Notes: a model not told the origin generated them from the sequence alone. A DNA stretch of 64,000 nucleotides from Eledone cirrhosa (GCA_964016885.1 OZ024741.1:326058001-326122000), one strand, 5' to 3'. Positions 15,711-28,978 are shown, counted from the stretch's first letter. Translations and numbers: made by a program.

Positions 15711-17114
15711 GTGTGTCAGAGAGATTGTGATGTCATTAGAGAGAAGTGTATCCGGAATGATAAAGGTGAGCTTGCCCTCACAAGTGCTGAAAAGAAAGAT
15801 GCATGGAAGAGTCATTATGATAGATTACTAAATGAGGAGAATGCATGGGAAGAAGAGACCCTACCCCAAGTAGACCCTATAAAGGGGCCAGCATTACAAG
15901 TCAGCAGCAACGTAGTAAGTAAGGCAATCAAAGATATGAAGATGGGGAAGGCAACCGGTCCATCGGGTATAGCTGCCGAGATGCTGAAGGCATCTGGGTC
16001 TGTAGGTCACACTATAACCACACGTATTGTTAACCAGGTAATACTCGAAGGTGTCATACCAAAAGATTGGTGCAGTAGCATCATTGTCAACTGCTACAAA
16101 GGTAAAGGTGATGCACTAGATAGAGGAAACTATAGAGGTATAAAGCTGATGGACCAGGTCATGAAAGTAACAGAAAGAGTTATAGCACAGTTGATTAGGG
16201 ACCGAGTGAATATAGACGAGATGCAATTTGGGTTTGTACCAGGAAGAGGCACAACTGATGCCCCCTTCCTTGTGAGGCAGCTACAGGAAAAGTACCTAGC
16301 TAAAAGTAAGCCACTCTACTTGGCATTTGTCGACCTTGAGAAAGCCTTTGACAGAGTTCCACGTGCTGTAATCTGGTGGGCTCTTAGAAAACTAGGAGTA
16401 GATGAATGGCTTGTGAAAGCGGTACAAGCCATATATAGGGGCGCAGTCAGCAAAGTTAGGATTAGCAATGAATATAGCGAGGAATTTAGCGTACAGGTTG
16501 GGGTCCACCAGGGCTCTGTTCTTAGCCCCCTCCTGTTTATCATAGTTCTGCAGGCAATAACTATTTCTACTTTAGGCACAAGGCCAGCAATTACCCAGTG
16601 CATTACTGGTACTTTATTTTATCGACCCCGTAAGGATGAAAGGCAAAGTCAACCTCGGCGGGATTTGAACTCAGATCGTAAAGGGACGTAACTATGCTGG
16701 AAAGCATGGTGTCCGACTCTCTACCGATACTGCCAATCCACCGCAATAACGGAGGAGTTTAAGACCGGATGCCCATGGGAACTCCTGTATGCTGATGACC
16801 TTGCACTTATAGTTGAATCTATGGTAGAACTAGAGAATAAATTCCAAACTTGGAAGCAGGGACTAGACAAAAAGGGTCTCAAAGTCAACATGACAAAGAC
16901 TAAGGTCCTTGTAAGTAGACGAGAAAACAGAACCCAGATCCCCTCAGAGAAATGGCCATGCTCAGTATGTAGGAAAGGTGTAGGTAAGAACTCCATTCTC
17001 TGTCCCAAATGCAAACAGTGGGTACACAAGAGATGTAGCGTGATCTCAGGAAGCTTAATTAAGAATGTAGGCTTCACATGCAGCAGCTGTGCTGGGACAG
17101 CAAGCAGCAAATAG
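15711..17114 (+). pseudogene. RTE reverse transcriptase remnant interrupted by a SINE
   Basis: RT motifs; frame resumes after 16742 (AITEEFKTGCPWELLYADDL); ends in WPCSVC..CPKC..WVHKRC..CSSC. Confidence 0.9.
16562..16742 (-). mobile_element. Full-length tRNA-derived SINE with 8-bp TSD gcaataac
   Basis: TSD at 16554-16561 and 16743-16750; intact A/B boxes. Confidence 0.95.
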
Positions 17115-18065
17115 CCACAGGAAACAAGCACCACCAATCTCTGGGCGGGCTCTGTAGAAACAGTAGACAGCTTCTGCTACCTAGGTGACCGAATTAGCAG
17201 CGGAGGTGGGTGTTCAGAATGTACAATAACTAGGGTAAGAACGGGATGGAAGAAGTTTAGGGAACTACTACCACTGCTAGCTGCAAAAGGCTTCTCCCTC
17301 AGAAAGAAAGGCAGACTGTATGATGCGTGTATCCGAACAGCGATGTTGCATGGTAGTGAGACCTTGGCGCTGAAGGTGGAAGACTTATGTAGATTAGAGA
17401 GAAACGAAGCCTGCATGCTCCGATGGATGTGTAACAGTAATATACGTGAACGACAAAGCATAAATGAATTGAGAGAGAGACTGAGCATAAGAGGAATCAA
17501 ATGCTGTATGTAGGAGAGACGGTTGCGCTGTTATGGACATGTGATGCGTATGAAGGATGACAACTGCATAAAAAAGGTGCAGAGCACTAGAAGTCGATGG
17601 AAACCGCGGAGTGGGGAGACCCAAGATGACCTGGGATGAGGTGATAAAAGCCGACCTTACCCAATTACACCTCTCAAAGGCAATGACACACGACCGTGAC
17701 CTCTGGCGTCACGCAGTAATACAGAGTACCCGACCTCCCATGGGTACAAGCTGAAGCATATAGACAATATGCCCCCACACACCCCACCGCAAGGTGGTCG
17801 TGGAGGTGTCACGGCAAAAAAGCACCCAGCCCACACTGTAAAGTGGACGTGTAGGCGCCAGGAAAAAGCACCCAGCACTCACTGTAAATGAGGTTGGTGT
17901 TAGGAAGGGCATCCAGCTGTAGAAATCAAGCCAAATCAGTTCCTGTATGAGCAAGGCATGGTCAACCGACCAGACACTGCCCACAGGACAACCCGTCTAA
18001 CCCATGCTAGCCTGGAAGAACGGACGTAAAACGGTGATGATGATGATGATATATATATATATATA

Positions 18066-18594
18066 AGTTATTCCGGGTTAAATCGGAGGTAACCACAGTA
18101 AGTAAGGTACTCAATACATAGCAGAGTATAAAAGTTTTAATATAGAAGAGCTTCTACACGACTAGAACTGTTTCATTCGTGAGAAATCATCAGGAAGCTG
18201 GCTGTCCAAGTAAATGGTCCTATTTATGTCTTTCCTTATCTGGTGGTAGGAGAGGGTGGGGATTGGGATGGGTGTAGATCATTGGTTGAAGGATTTAAAG
18301 AAAGGGGATTCATTAAAAGCTAATTCTTTAAAGCTATAATATTAACAAAGGCAGAAAGAATACTGTAAACAGGTTCCAAATTGGAATACCAATCCTTCTT
18401 TATCCCTTAAAGTAAAAATGCCTCTAAGACAGGTGTCTACAGGATGGGTAGGGTTCCATGGTTTAAAGAAAAGGGAAATTCTTTAGAAGCTAATTCTTTA
18501 AGGCTAAAACGAGGGTGGTAAAGGCAGAAAAAGTTCCATCAACTGATTCAAGTGTTAGGGTAAACCCCTTATAGTGAAGTTTCTCTTAATATTT

Positions 18595-18595
<1 letters not shown>
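18066..18595 (-). mobile_element. Non-coding PLE-type terminus carrying an HHR, between (TA)n tracts
   Basis: Related to 59170-59625 (shared attgagtacctta..gtggttacc.ccgatt end). Confidence 0.6.
18149..18199 (-). ncRNA. Type I hammerhead ribozyme
   Basis: agcuuc-CUGAUGA-uuuc(ucac)gaau-GAAA-cagu(ucuagu)cgug-UA-gaagcu. Confidence 0.7.
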
Positions 18596-18637
<42 letters not shown>

Positions 18638-19688
18638 ATCGGAGAAAGCTAATAGCGATACTCCGGCCAAATTCCAACTCACTCAACAAACATTAGGAAA
18701 TACCTGAGTATATTCCTTATTAAACGTTCGGGGTGCTAACTAATTGTATTGTGTGGAAAATTGGCTGTATCATTTCATATGAGATATATCAAATATATCT
18801 CTTCCCAGACGGACGTCTCGTTTCACTATAAGAGTTCTACAAGTTGGGTGAAATTATACCAATTTATGTAGAAGCTTGTATAAGATCAACAGATACTTAT
18901 TCAAGTGGGCTCTTATAATTCTTCAGTTGGTGCCCAATAATATTAATATTGATAACCAAATCAACATCAATATTTAGCGATAATCACCATCAGTGCTTGA
19001 GGGAGCTGCTAGGTTGTTAGTCCAGCAGTTCTAAAGAAAATCTCACACTGTCTCGAAAATAGGAAGGAGATTACCGCCAAAAAACAATACATGCGCAGGT
19101 CAATGAATTCTGAAAGGAATTCAAGCCACGTGCTAGAACTCAATTGGATATGAAAAAATAACCATATTTATATATATAATAAAATTAACGAAGATCGCTG
19201 GTATTAAGTCAACGATCTCCGGCCAACGTCTAGCTTACTCAATGAATCGTCGAATTGCAGCAATGCAGTTACAATCAGCTGTTCAGAGTGCACTCATGTT
19301 TTGGTAGGAATAATGGTACAATTATCAACTCCTGGCCAATAACGTTTCTGGGCAACATAACTTCACAAATGTGGATATTAGGTCCTCAATCTTCAGAAAA
19401 TCACGTAATATCAGCAGATATTTACGTAATCGGTCTGTTACACACATCAGCAGGTTGGCCTAGTCATAAGATAGGTCTATACAGTGTGTGTTAGCCGTTT
19501 CCACTGGACAAGGAATCCAGTAGTTCTCGCCACTCTAACACGCTGCCTCTAATGAGAAAGAGGAAGGAATCTATCGTAGATACACGTATTTTGGCGGTTG
19601 AATTCAAACAAAGGAATTAGCGCCAAACATAGCACTCGGCAAACACACACAGACACACACACGCGTGCGCGCGCACAGACACACACAC

Positions 19689-19739
<51 letters not shown>

Positions 19740-19800
19740 CATATATATATATATACATATATTTATATATACATACATATATTTATAGATATATATATAC

Positions 19801-19856
<56 letters not shown>

Positions 19857-19887
19857 GATCAAAAGATGGTTAAAAGAGTTCCATGTA

Positions 19888-19954
19888 TTTTATTACACGC
19901 ATTTCAAAAACAAATATCATCATGCAATAACATTTGCGTTTTCGTCAGATAAAA
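19888..19954 (-). ncRNA. Hammerhead ribozyme (family of 34552-34618) in a solo ~160-bp arm at 19855-20014
   Basis: uuuuau-CUGACGA-stem II-GAAA-ugcgug-UA-auaaaa. Confidence 0.7.
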
Positions 19955-20015
19955 TAGGGAGACATGATATGAAGGTTAAAACACACTTGTGAATAGTGCA
20001 GTTTTAAATCAACAG

Positions 20016-20047
<32 letters not shown>

Positions 20048-20059
20048 AATAAAGGAACG

Positions 20060-20268
20060 ATCGACTTTCGTCAAATCGGACCGAGGGAACAATGTTTCCG
20101 TTGGTCTTTCCAATTGCTAATACTATCTATCGGTCGCAACTCCAGGTAGAAGGAGCAACGTGAAATAAAGTGTCTTGCTCAAGGACATAACGCATCGCCT
20201 GGTCCAGGAATCGAACTCACAACCTTACGATTGCGAATCCAATTCTCTAACCACTCAGCCACACGCCT
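20060..20268 (-). mobile_element. tRNA-derived SINE (second family)
   Basis: ggcgtgtggctgagtggttaga A-box, gagttcgattcctgg B-box, gtccttgagcaagacacttt core. Confidence 0.8.
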
Positions 20269-20280
20269 TATATATATATT

Positions 20281-21752
20281 CACCATGTCTGAGCTCAAAG
20301 AAGCCATCAAACAGCTCAAAGCCTCAAAAGCCTTTGGGCCGGATAATATACCTACCCTGATTTGCAAGGATGAGCATTTCCACATCCTTTTTCTCAACTT
20401 ATGTAACCATACTTTCGAGACCAATAAACCACCTAGCGTCTGGCATGCAGCTCAAATTATCCCCATGCCCCAAAAAGGAGATCTTTCTTTAGCCACCAAC
20501 TATAGAGGAATTTCTCTCATGGCAATTGTTGCAAAAATATACAACAAGATTCTTCTTAACCGCTTAATCCCATTTCTTGAGCCAATCCTTCGTAACAACC
20601 AGAATGGATTTAGGAGAGGTAGATCAACACTTAGCCAGATTCTCTGCCTTCGCCGACTTATAGAGGAGTCCCAAAACCGCAATCTTGACCTTGCACTCAT
20701 CTTTGTTGATTTTTCAAAAGCCTTCGACTCAGTTGACAGGTCGGGGATGTTTGAAATTCTACAACTCTATGGGATTCCTGATAAAATCATCGCGGCCATA
20801 CGTGTAATGTATACAGATACCAAATCAACTGTCCTGACCCCAGATGGGGAAACACCACCTTTCTCAATCCTCGCTGGAATTTTACAGGGCGATACCCTTG
20901 CTCCGTATCTATTTATCATTGTTGTGGATTATGTTTTGCGCATGTCTGTGGACAGCATTCAGGATAGGGGATACCAACTACAGCCTAGGAGAAGCTCACG
21001 CTACCCAGCAAAATACTTGACCGACACCGACTTTGCTGACGACGGTCACTGGAAAATGCTGAGAGACTTTTGAAGTCATTAGAGCAAGCGTCCAACCGTG
21101 TTGGACTGTACCTCAACGAATCCAAGACTGAGTATTTGAACAGATGCGCAAACAGCCCAAACTACCCCATCATAACCCTTAATGGTACCACCCTTAAGCA
21201 GGTGGAAGATTACAAGTATCTTGGCTCATATATCTCCTCCTCCAAAAAAGATTTTCTAACCAGGAAGGGTATGGCATGGTCAGTGTGCAATGACATGCAC
21301 GCCATATGGACATCTCAACTTACCAACAAGCTAAAACTGGAAATATTCCAAGCAACCATTAAGCCCATATTACTTTATGGATCCGAAACTTGGACACTAA
21401 CATCACAACTTGAGAGTAGATTGGATGGCACATATACCCGCCTCTTAATGAGAGTGCAAAAACTATCCTGGAAACGACATCCCACCTTATCTAAAATCTA
21501 TGGCAAACTCCCTCGAGCCTCTGTCCTTCTAAAATCCCGGAGGGCTCAATTAGCTGGCCACTGTCACCGTGCCAGCAATGAAATCATATCCGCTCTCTTG
21601 CTCTGGAACGCTGACTCCAGCCTGACGTTATCTCTAGGGATACGGGATTCAGTAGACAGGACCTGGGGGCAGCGATGGGAGCCAGGGAATTATGGGGCAT
21701 GAGAGTGAAATCCGTCATCTCGACAGTAGTCGACGAATGATGATGATGATGA
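20281..21752 (+). mobile_element. 5'-truncated RTE-type LINE, RT remnant (ORFs 20231-21073, 21070-21702)
   Basis: KAFGPDNIP, NYRGISL, QNGFRRGRST, FVDFSKAFDSV, GILQGDTLAPYLF, DFADD, YKYLGS, LLYGSETW; (GAT)n tail. Confidence 0.93.
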
Positions 21753-21815
21753 TATATATATATATATATTATCGAATACTGTTAGCTTCTCGCTACAATA
21801 ATTTCTATACCTTTC

Positions 21816-21891
<76 letters not shown>

Positions 21892-22163
21892 TGGCTGCCA
21901 ACTCGTTTTCGAGTACGGCCACTACTTTACATCCATGTAGGAGAACCCCTACCGATGGGCTGAACGAGTGTGACTTTTTAGTCCAGCCAACGACTTGAAA
22001 ACTCTGGTACAAACACTACACTTGTGACAATTATTGACACATAGTGCTGGGCCCATGGTACCATGTGACGACAAGTGCAGAGAGATCTCCAGATATAAAG
22101 CAATGCCTGTGCCGTGAAGCTTTTATAGTGAGCAAAGGCACTGCACAAAGCCAGTCCCACTCT

Positions 22164-22199
<36 letters not shown>

Positions 22200-22431
22200 C
22201 ATGCATACATATATACATACATATATTCTGAGGTCATTTTTTTTCGCTTTGGTCACTGCAGCTCGTCTATCAGTGGCAGTCTTTAATTTGCAAAGCTGTC
22301 TAAACGTAATGTTATAACTCTAACGTTATATACCTTATTGAGTGCTTAGCTGTACACCACGACTGCATTCGTTAGCTTGGCTGCAGCCAGAGCTTCGATG
22401 ATGCTGTACTAAATTCTGTATATATATATAT

Positions 22432-25350
22432 TAGAAAGTGAGGTTTTTTTTACAAAATGAACAATAACCGAGGTGTCCTGCACGAGTGAAAGTATAAAGA
22501 AAAAAAAAATGAAATGGAAAATGCAGCTGGAGTCTTATTTAAAAAAAAAATATATCTATTTATTTGGTTCCTTTACCGGTTTCGAAGTTCTTCTGCTTTT
22601 CAAAAGTAGAGTTGAGATGGAGGATCTGTGGTTTTTCTCACATCTGGTTGGTCTTTGAATGTTACTTGTTTTATATGGAAAAAAGTCGCTCGAAACACCA
22701 GGTTTTTAGAGAAGTAATTTGATTGGTTGGTCAATAAGTATAATAAATTTCGCGCTAGTTCGCGTTACAAAGTTCTTCAAACATGGGGGGGGGGGGTTCT
22801 CAGGTTGTTTTTTCATATACGAGTGTTTGAATTTTTTATTACTTAAAAAAGGCGCTCACGAAGGCTTTAAAAAAAATGTAATTTGATTGGTTATAAATGA
22901 AATTATGGCTGTAACGTGAACAAGTTCATTAAATTTCGCGCTCGTATTTGGGAATTTATTTTGTAGCCTTTTAGAGAATTTTATAACAATAAAAAAAGTG
23001 GCTCACGATGGCTTTTTAAAAAAAATGTAATTTGATTGGTTATAAATGAAATGATTGTTGTCACGTGAAGAAGTTCATTAAATTTCGCGCCCGTATTTGG
23101 GAATTTATTTTGTAGCCTTTTAGAGAATTTTATGACAAGCAAAAGAATGGTCAAGAGAAATGGGATGGGAGAATTGTTCTGGTTCAGTGAATATGGTTAG
23201 TTCGCTGGGGTGTCAGAGTTAAGATTTTCTATTGAAATAAAGAAAGCAGACATATGTATGCATATTTGTGTGTTTGTGTATGTGTGTGTGTGTATAGGAA
23301 GATGATTCTATTGGTAGAAATGAGGGAGGGAGTTGTGTGTGTGTGTATATGGGTGTTATGTGGGGCAGTATGTTAAGATGGAGAGAATATATATATTTTG
23401 TGTGTGTGTGTAGGAAAGTGATTCTATTAGTAGAAATGGGGGAGGGAGTTGTGTGTGTGTGTGGGGGGGGGGGTGTTAAGTGTGTGTGTATGGGTGTTAT
23501 GTGTGTGTGGGAGTATGGTTAGTATGTTAAGATGAAGAGAATATATATTTTGTGTGTGTGTGTGTGTGTCTGTGTGTGTGTAGGAAAATGATTCCGTTAG
23601 TAGGAATCTTTTGAATGAACATATTTTCCTTACTTATTCGTATTTGTTCTGTTGTATTCTCAGCGCAAACATATGTTAAGGTTTATTTAGTTCGGGTTTT
23701 TATTTTCTAAAGTAGAAGGTGTTATGTGTGTGTGTATGTGTCTGTTTGGATGGTTATCATGTTATGGTGTTGTATATTAAACCATATTTAATGCTGGTCT
23801 ATATTTTTGAATAAAAATATTTTCCTTATTTATTCGTATTTGTTCTGTTGTATTGTCAGCGCAAAGGTAAAATGGGAAGACTTGGAATTTGGGTATCTTA
23901 TTAGATGCGCGCTTAGTGGTATCTGTCTCGTGGTTGGAACTCGTAATTGTTGGCGATGAACTGTCATTCTATTTCTGAGTGTGAGTTTAGTTTGTCCTAT
24001 ATAATCTTCATTTCATCCTTTACATTTAATGGCATAAAGTAGATTTTTTGATGAGCAAGTGAAGTGATTTTTTACAGCAGAATTTTGTCCTGATTTAAAT
24101 GTATACGTGTTGTCTTCAATGAGGTGAGTGCAGGTTTCACAATTAGAGCGACCACATTTTTTGACAGTTGGTTGTGGGTTTGTGGTAGGTAATTTGGCAT
24201 TGGTGAGTAATGTTTTCAGTGATTTCAGTTGTCATTTGCTTTTGATTATCTTGTGTGTTTCAAGGGCTTTTTTCATTCGTGGGTCTTGTTTCAGTAGTGG
24301 GATGTTCTTGTGAATAGTGTTTTAAGTTTCCGCATTTCTTGGGTTATGTGTTGAGATATATGATAGAATATTGGACGTAACTTGAATTTGTTTCTGTTTT
24401 CGTAATTCATCAATGTCTATACTTTAGCCCTTTCTATTCCATTATTTATTAGTAATGTCTTTCGAATAGAATTTCCTTTAAATCGTGAAGTCTTTTATTT
24501 CGCGTTTCATAATTGGAGACAATTGTGCAAATTCTTCTTTCTAGGTTAAAAGGAATGTTCGTCTTCATGTGCTTTGCATTGTTGGAGGTGAATAGCAGGT
24601 ATTGTTTGGAATCTGTTGGTTTGTAGTGTATGTCAGTTTCAATATTTGTGTCTTTTTTTACTAGCCATATTCACTGAACCAGAACAATTCTCTCATCCCA
24701 TTTCTCTTGACCATTCTTTTGTTTGTCATAAAATTCCCTAAAAGGCTACAAAATAAATTCCCAAATACGGGCGCGGAACTTGTTCACGTGACAGTCATAA
24801 TTTCATTTATAACCAATCAAATTGCATTTTTTAACAAATACCTTCGTGAGCCACTTTTTTTATTGTCATAAAATTCTCTAAAAGGCTACAAAATAAATTC
24901 CCAAATACATGCGCGAAATTTAATGAACTTGTTCACGTGACAGCCATAATTTCATTTATAACCAATCAAATTACATTTTAAAAAAATAGCCTTCGTGAGC
25001 CCCTTTTTTTAAGTAAAAAGAAATTCAAACACTCATATATGAAAAAAACAACCTGAGCCCCCCCCCCCCCCGTTTGAAAAACTTTGTAACGCGAACTGGC
25101 GCGAAATTTATTATACTTATTGACCAACCAATCAACTTACTTCTCTAAAAACGTGGCATTTCGAGCCACTTTTTTCCATATAAAACAAGTAACATTCAAA
25201 GACCAACCAAATGTGAGAAAAACCACAGACTCTCCATCGCAACTCTACTTTTGAAAAGCAGAAGAACTGCGAAAGGAACCAAATAAATATATATATATTT
25301 TTAAAAATAAGACTCCAGTTGCATTTTCGATTTCATCTTTTTTTCTTTAT
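22432..25350 (-). mobile_element. Penelope-like element (Neptune-type Cys linker), 5'-truncated, with ~690-bp inverted pLTR (24661-25350 vs ~22490-23200)
   Basis: Minus strand: IETDIHYKPTDSKQYL (RT thumb), KKCGRSNCETC..FTCSSKNLLYAI, DYIGQTKLTLRNRMTVHRQQ (GIY-YIG); TA flanks. Confidence 0.88.
22571..22606 (-). ncRNA. Minimal hammerhead, U3:A8 core variant
   Basis: cuu-UUGAAAA-gcag(aagaa)cuuc-GAAA-ccgg-UA-aag; the inverted copy at 25248-25274 has a perfect gcag/cugc stem II. Confidence 0.6.
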
Positions 25351-25387
25351 ATATATATATATAAAGAAAAAAATATGAAATCGAAAA

Positions 25388-25672
25388 CTCAGGGCTGTAT
25401 GGAAGCCTCCCAAAGGTCAGCTCAAAAGTGACACAGAGGAGACTGAGGTTAGCTGGACATGCTCACCGACGTCCAGAGTTGACATTGCACTCAATGCTCC
25501 TGTGGGAGCCCCTACATGGACACACTGGAAGAGGAAGACCAAAGTTAACGTATGTTGATGCCCTAAGGACAGACATTGGTCTGTTGGAGACGCAGGACAT
25601 GGCAGCGATAATGAGGGACAGAGACCGCTGGAGAGAACTCGTCCATGGATCTCGGGAATTTTACCCGCCTTA
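25388..25672 (+). mobile_element. RTE-type LINE 3' fragment
   Basis: [41 protein letters not shown]. Confidence 0.8.
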
Positions 25673-25673
25673 G

Positions 25674-25748
<75 letters not shown>

Positions 25749-25770
25749 CATGCATACATACATACGCACA

Positions 25771-25823
<53 letters not shown>

Positions 25824-26299
25824 GCATATGTATACAACCAACAAATAAACGAGAACAACAAATAGATAAACCCAATAGTCCGAAGAAATATTTTTTAACG
25901 CTTGATATAGTAGGAAACGTGCTTTTACCTTTCGGACACGAGTCGTTCATCAGAAATAAGATATGTACGAAAAAGTTAGAGAATGAGAAGATACAAGGGA
26001 AAATTCATTTTGAGAAAAAGCACGTGTGTATTCACTCTGGCATTATGGAGGAAATCATATATAAAATGAATGAGGCAGACGTATCCATATGTGTATGCAG
26101 TGCATGTGTATAAACGTTGGGAATGTTTATATATATATATGTCTATAACAACTTAATGGGAATATCGTTAAAATAGTATATATGTATGACTTCTATATAA
26201 TAAATATGAACACACACACACGCATACACACATACAAACACACGCACACAAACACATATATATGTATATATATATACATCTCTCTCTATATATATGAAA

Positions 26300-26357
<58 letters not shown>

Positions 26358-26466
26358 TGATACATCTATATAATATATGTGTTTGCGTATGTTTGTATAT
26401 AATTATATATATATATATCACTTCAAACATATAACAAGTGTATTTTGAAAGCCACATCAAAAGGAA

Positions 26467-26531
<65 letters not shown>

Positions 26532-26688
26532 ATATATATATATATATATATATACATGCATATATATATACATATATCCACATATATATATATATACACA
26601 CATATACATATATATATATAATACATACATATATATATTATATACACATATATATATATACATTTATATAATATATATAAATGTACAA

Positions 26689-26774
<86 letters not shown>

Positions 26775-27222
26775 ATATGTGTGTGTTTGTGTGTGTATGT
26801 GTGTATAAAACATATAGTAGACAAAAAAGAATTAAATGGAAATTTCTACTTATATTTCTTTGATTCCTGCAACGTTAACAGTGTGTTATATGTCTAGTAC
26901 TCTACTCGATATATTCTTCAGTTAAATTTTATAACTATTCTAGCTCAATTAAATTGACCAATTTTTATCCAAAACTTTTATTGATGTCCGAACATTACTG
27001 CGAAATATTTCATATGGAAGTAATTTCAAAATTCGTCTTCTTTTAATATTTATTTATTACACCAATGTTTTTCGTCAAAGAATATATATTTTTAATGTTA
27101 TTATATTATGTATTTTTATATTGTACGTTCAATCAAAATTCAACTACTTGGTTTGAAATACATTTATTATTTCAAGATTTTACTCAGGAAAAAATTACAT
27201 TTTTTTTTATGTGATACATGTA

Positions 27223-27616
27223 CGAGGGTAATCCCAAAAGTAAGATCTCCAAAACGATGGGGACGCAGAGAAACTGTTCGTAGGGCTGTTGGCAACACTG
27301 CTGTGATTGGTGCTTCCTTCATTCCCAAACAAGCGTGCGCGCGCTTCGTTGGGATGCTCAATCTTGGCTTGGCAGCCGTTGAGAATGGAGCTCCCGTTGA
27401 ATGGTACCGCCAAGTGCATATTTCTTGCAGTTATTATATACGAGGGCAATCCCAAAAGTAAGGTCTCCTTCCGAGGAAAACATGCGTAAAGATCGGTGGA
27501 TTACTCTGGATGCTCTCTGCATTTTGGTTCCTGAGGTTTCCCGAAGCACCATCCACAGGATTTTAACGGAAAAGTTGCAATATCGGAAGGAGACCTTACT
27601 TTTGGGATTGCCCTCG
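27223..27616 (+). mobile_element. Mariner-derived elements: left end at 27223 plus a complete 176-bp MITE at 27441-27616
   Basis: TIR cgagggcaatcccaaaagtaaggtctccttccga and its reverse complement; TA on the left; interior encodes mariner HTH-like EENMRKDRWITLDAL..VSRSTIHRILTEKL. Confidence 0.85.
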
Positions 27617-27659
27617 TGTATTCATATGTAAAAGTCGGTTTTCGATTCATACTAGTACC

Positions 27660-28520
27660 GTTATTGTTGATATAGTTGTTTTGTTGTTGTTATTTTTATT
27701 TTCCTTGGATATCTGTATATTGACATACATGCCACTGGGCATCAAACAGGTTCATGGGGTGGGTGATGGTTTGTTATGACAGTTATCCAGCACCATAGAT
27801 AACTAATTGTTACAAAATATATAACGGATAAAGTGCACCTTTTCTCCATGGGTACAACCTGGTTTGCCCTCTCAACATTATATTGACAATGCTCTTCGCA
27901 AAATTTGGTCAGTACTAGTAAGTACGAATTTTTTGAATTCCTTTTATACAAGATTAACCTGGCATGTGATCCAGAGTTTGTCAGTTCACCTGATTATCAG
28001 GCCCAGTTATCCAACTACTACTGGAATAGTGGTGGCCTTCATCCCCCAGATGTTTTCAATCTCTATTTCAAGATTCTTGTACTTAGATATATTTCAAATA
28101 TTTTGAAATACACATTGCAATCAGCAGGTACTGACATGTCTATCATGAAGCACGGTTTGTTGTTTTTATCTTTTATTATCAGGTCTGTTTGCGTTGATTG
28201 TCCTGTCAGTGTGTATTGTAAAATACCACAGTATTATTACATTACCAATTTTAATTACTGATCTATGTGATGTTGATACCAGTTTTCTGTTACATCTTTT
28301 CCATATGACTAATATATTTTCCAGTGTATGTACTGCCCCACTCTGTCGTGTCTGTTTTTGTATTCATACGGCGCTACGTTAGTGCATGTTAATATTAGGT
28401 CATCCACTGTTTCAGTATTTCTGTTACGGAACCGGCATATTGTGTCATTATGTTCTCCCAATTTGTTTGATAATTTTTTGTGGTAACACATTGGAATTGT
28501 GCAGCCAGTAGGAAACCTGT
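27660..28520 (-). mobile_element. R4/Dong-like RLE LINE 3' fragment
   Basis: ICRF..ETVDDLILTC..EYKNRHDRVGQYIHW..RPD..MIDMSVP..KYKNLEIEIENIWGMKATTIPVVVG. Confidence 0.85.
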
Positions 28521-28735
28521 CTTGTAGAGTGTTGCATTATGAACCAAGTATTAGAGCTTTTGTGTGTACGTGAGGAACGTTAAACCTGTCCACTCACAAA
28601 GTTACAGCTCTAAGACATTAAAAGTTCTGATTCTACACAAAGCCCTTTACACGGCGCTATTGGTAATAAGGTTTCATCGAATTACGTTTCTTTAAGGAAA
28701 TGTTTCATTACGGCTGGAGTAATGTTCTTCAAATC

Positions 28736-28804
<69 letters not shown>

Positions 28805-28808
<4 letters not shown>

Positions 28809-28978
28809 CGTTCAGCCTGTCATGAGAACTGTCTCATGACAGGCTGAATGAATTAGGGCCCACAACCCAACGAAACCTGAATACCTGTTTATGTCACTGT
28901 TGTAATTATTTTTTACTAAACTCGACCTATGCACTGAGTGCTATTACTCTTGGATATTTCCACTTAACTTTTACTTCA

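Larger units (their letters stand above)
13563..18050 (+). mobile_element. Near full-length RTE-clade LINE (APE + RT + Cys-rich domain), frameshifted, with triplicated 5' end
   Basis: LRVGTINVGSM..QETRW..IISAYA..AGDF.GH..QIDF..QHSLVV (APE); NYRGIKLM, QFGFVPGRGTTD, FVDLEKAFDRV, GVHQGSVLSPLLF, LYADD (RT); (GAT)n tail at ~18034-18050. Confidence 0.95.

Noticed and set aside
18803-18900. GAAA-cgagacg-UC with a long hairpin (minus strand), and a similar region at ~19330-19420
   Set aside because: First core and stem I not recoverable
21955-22015. ctgaacga..gaaa..ta HHR-like spacing
   Set aside because: No stem I pairing
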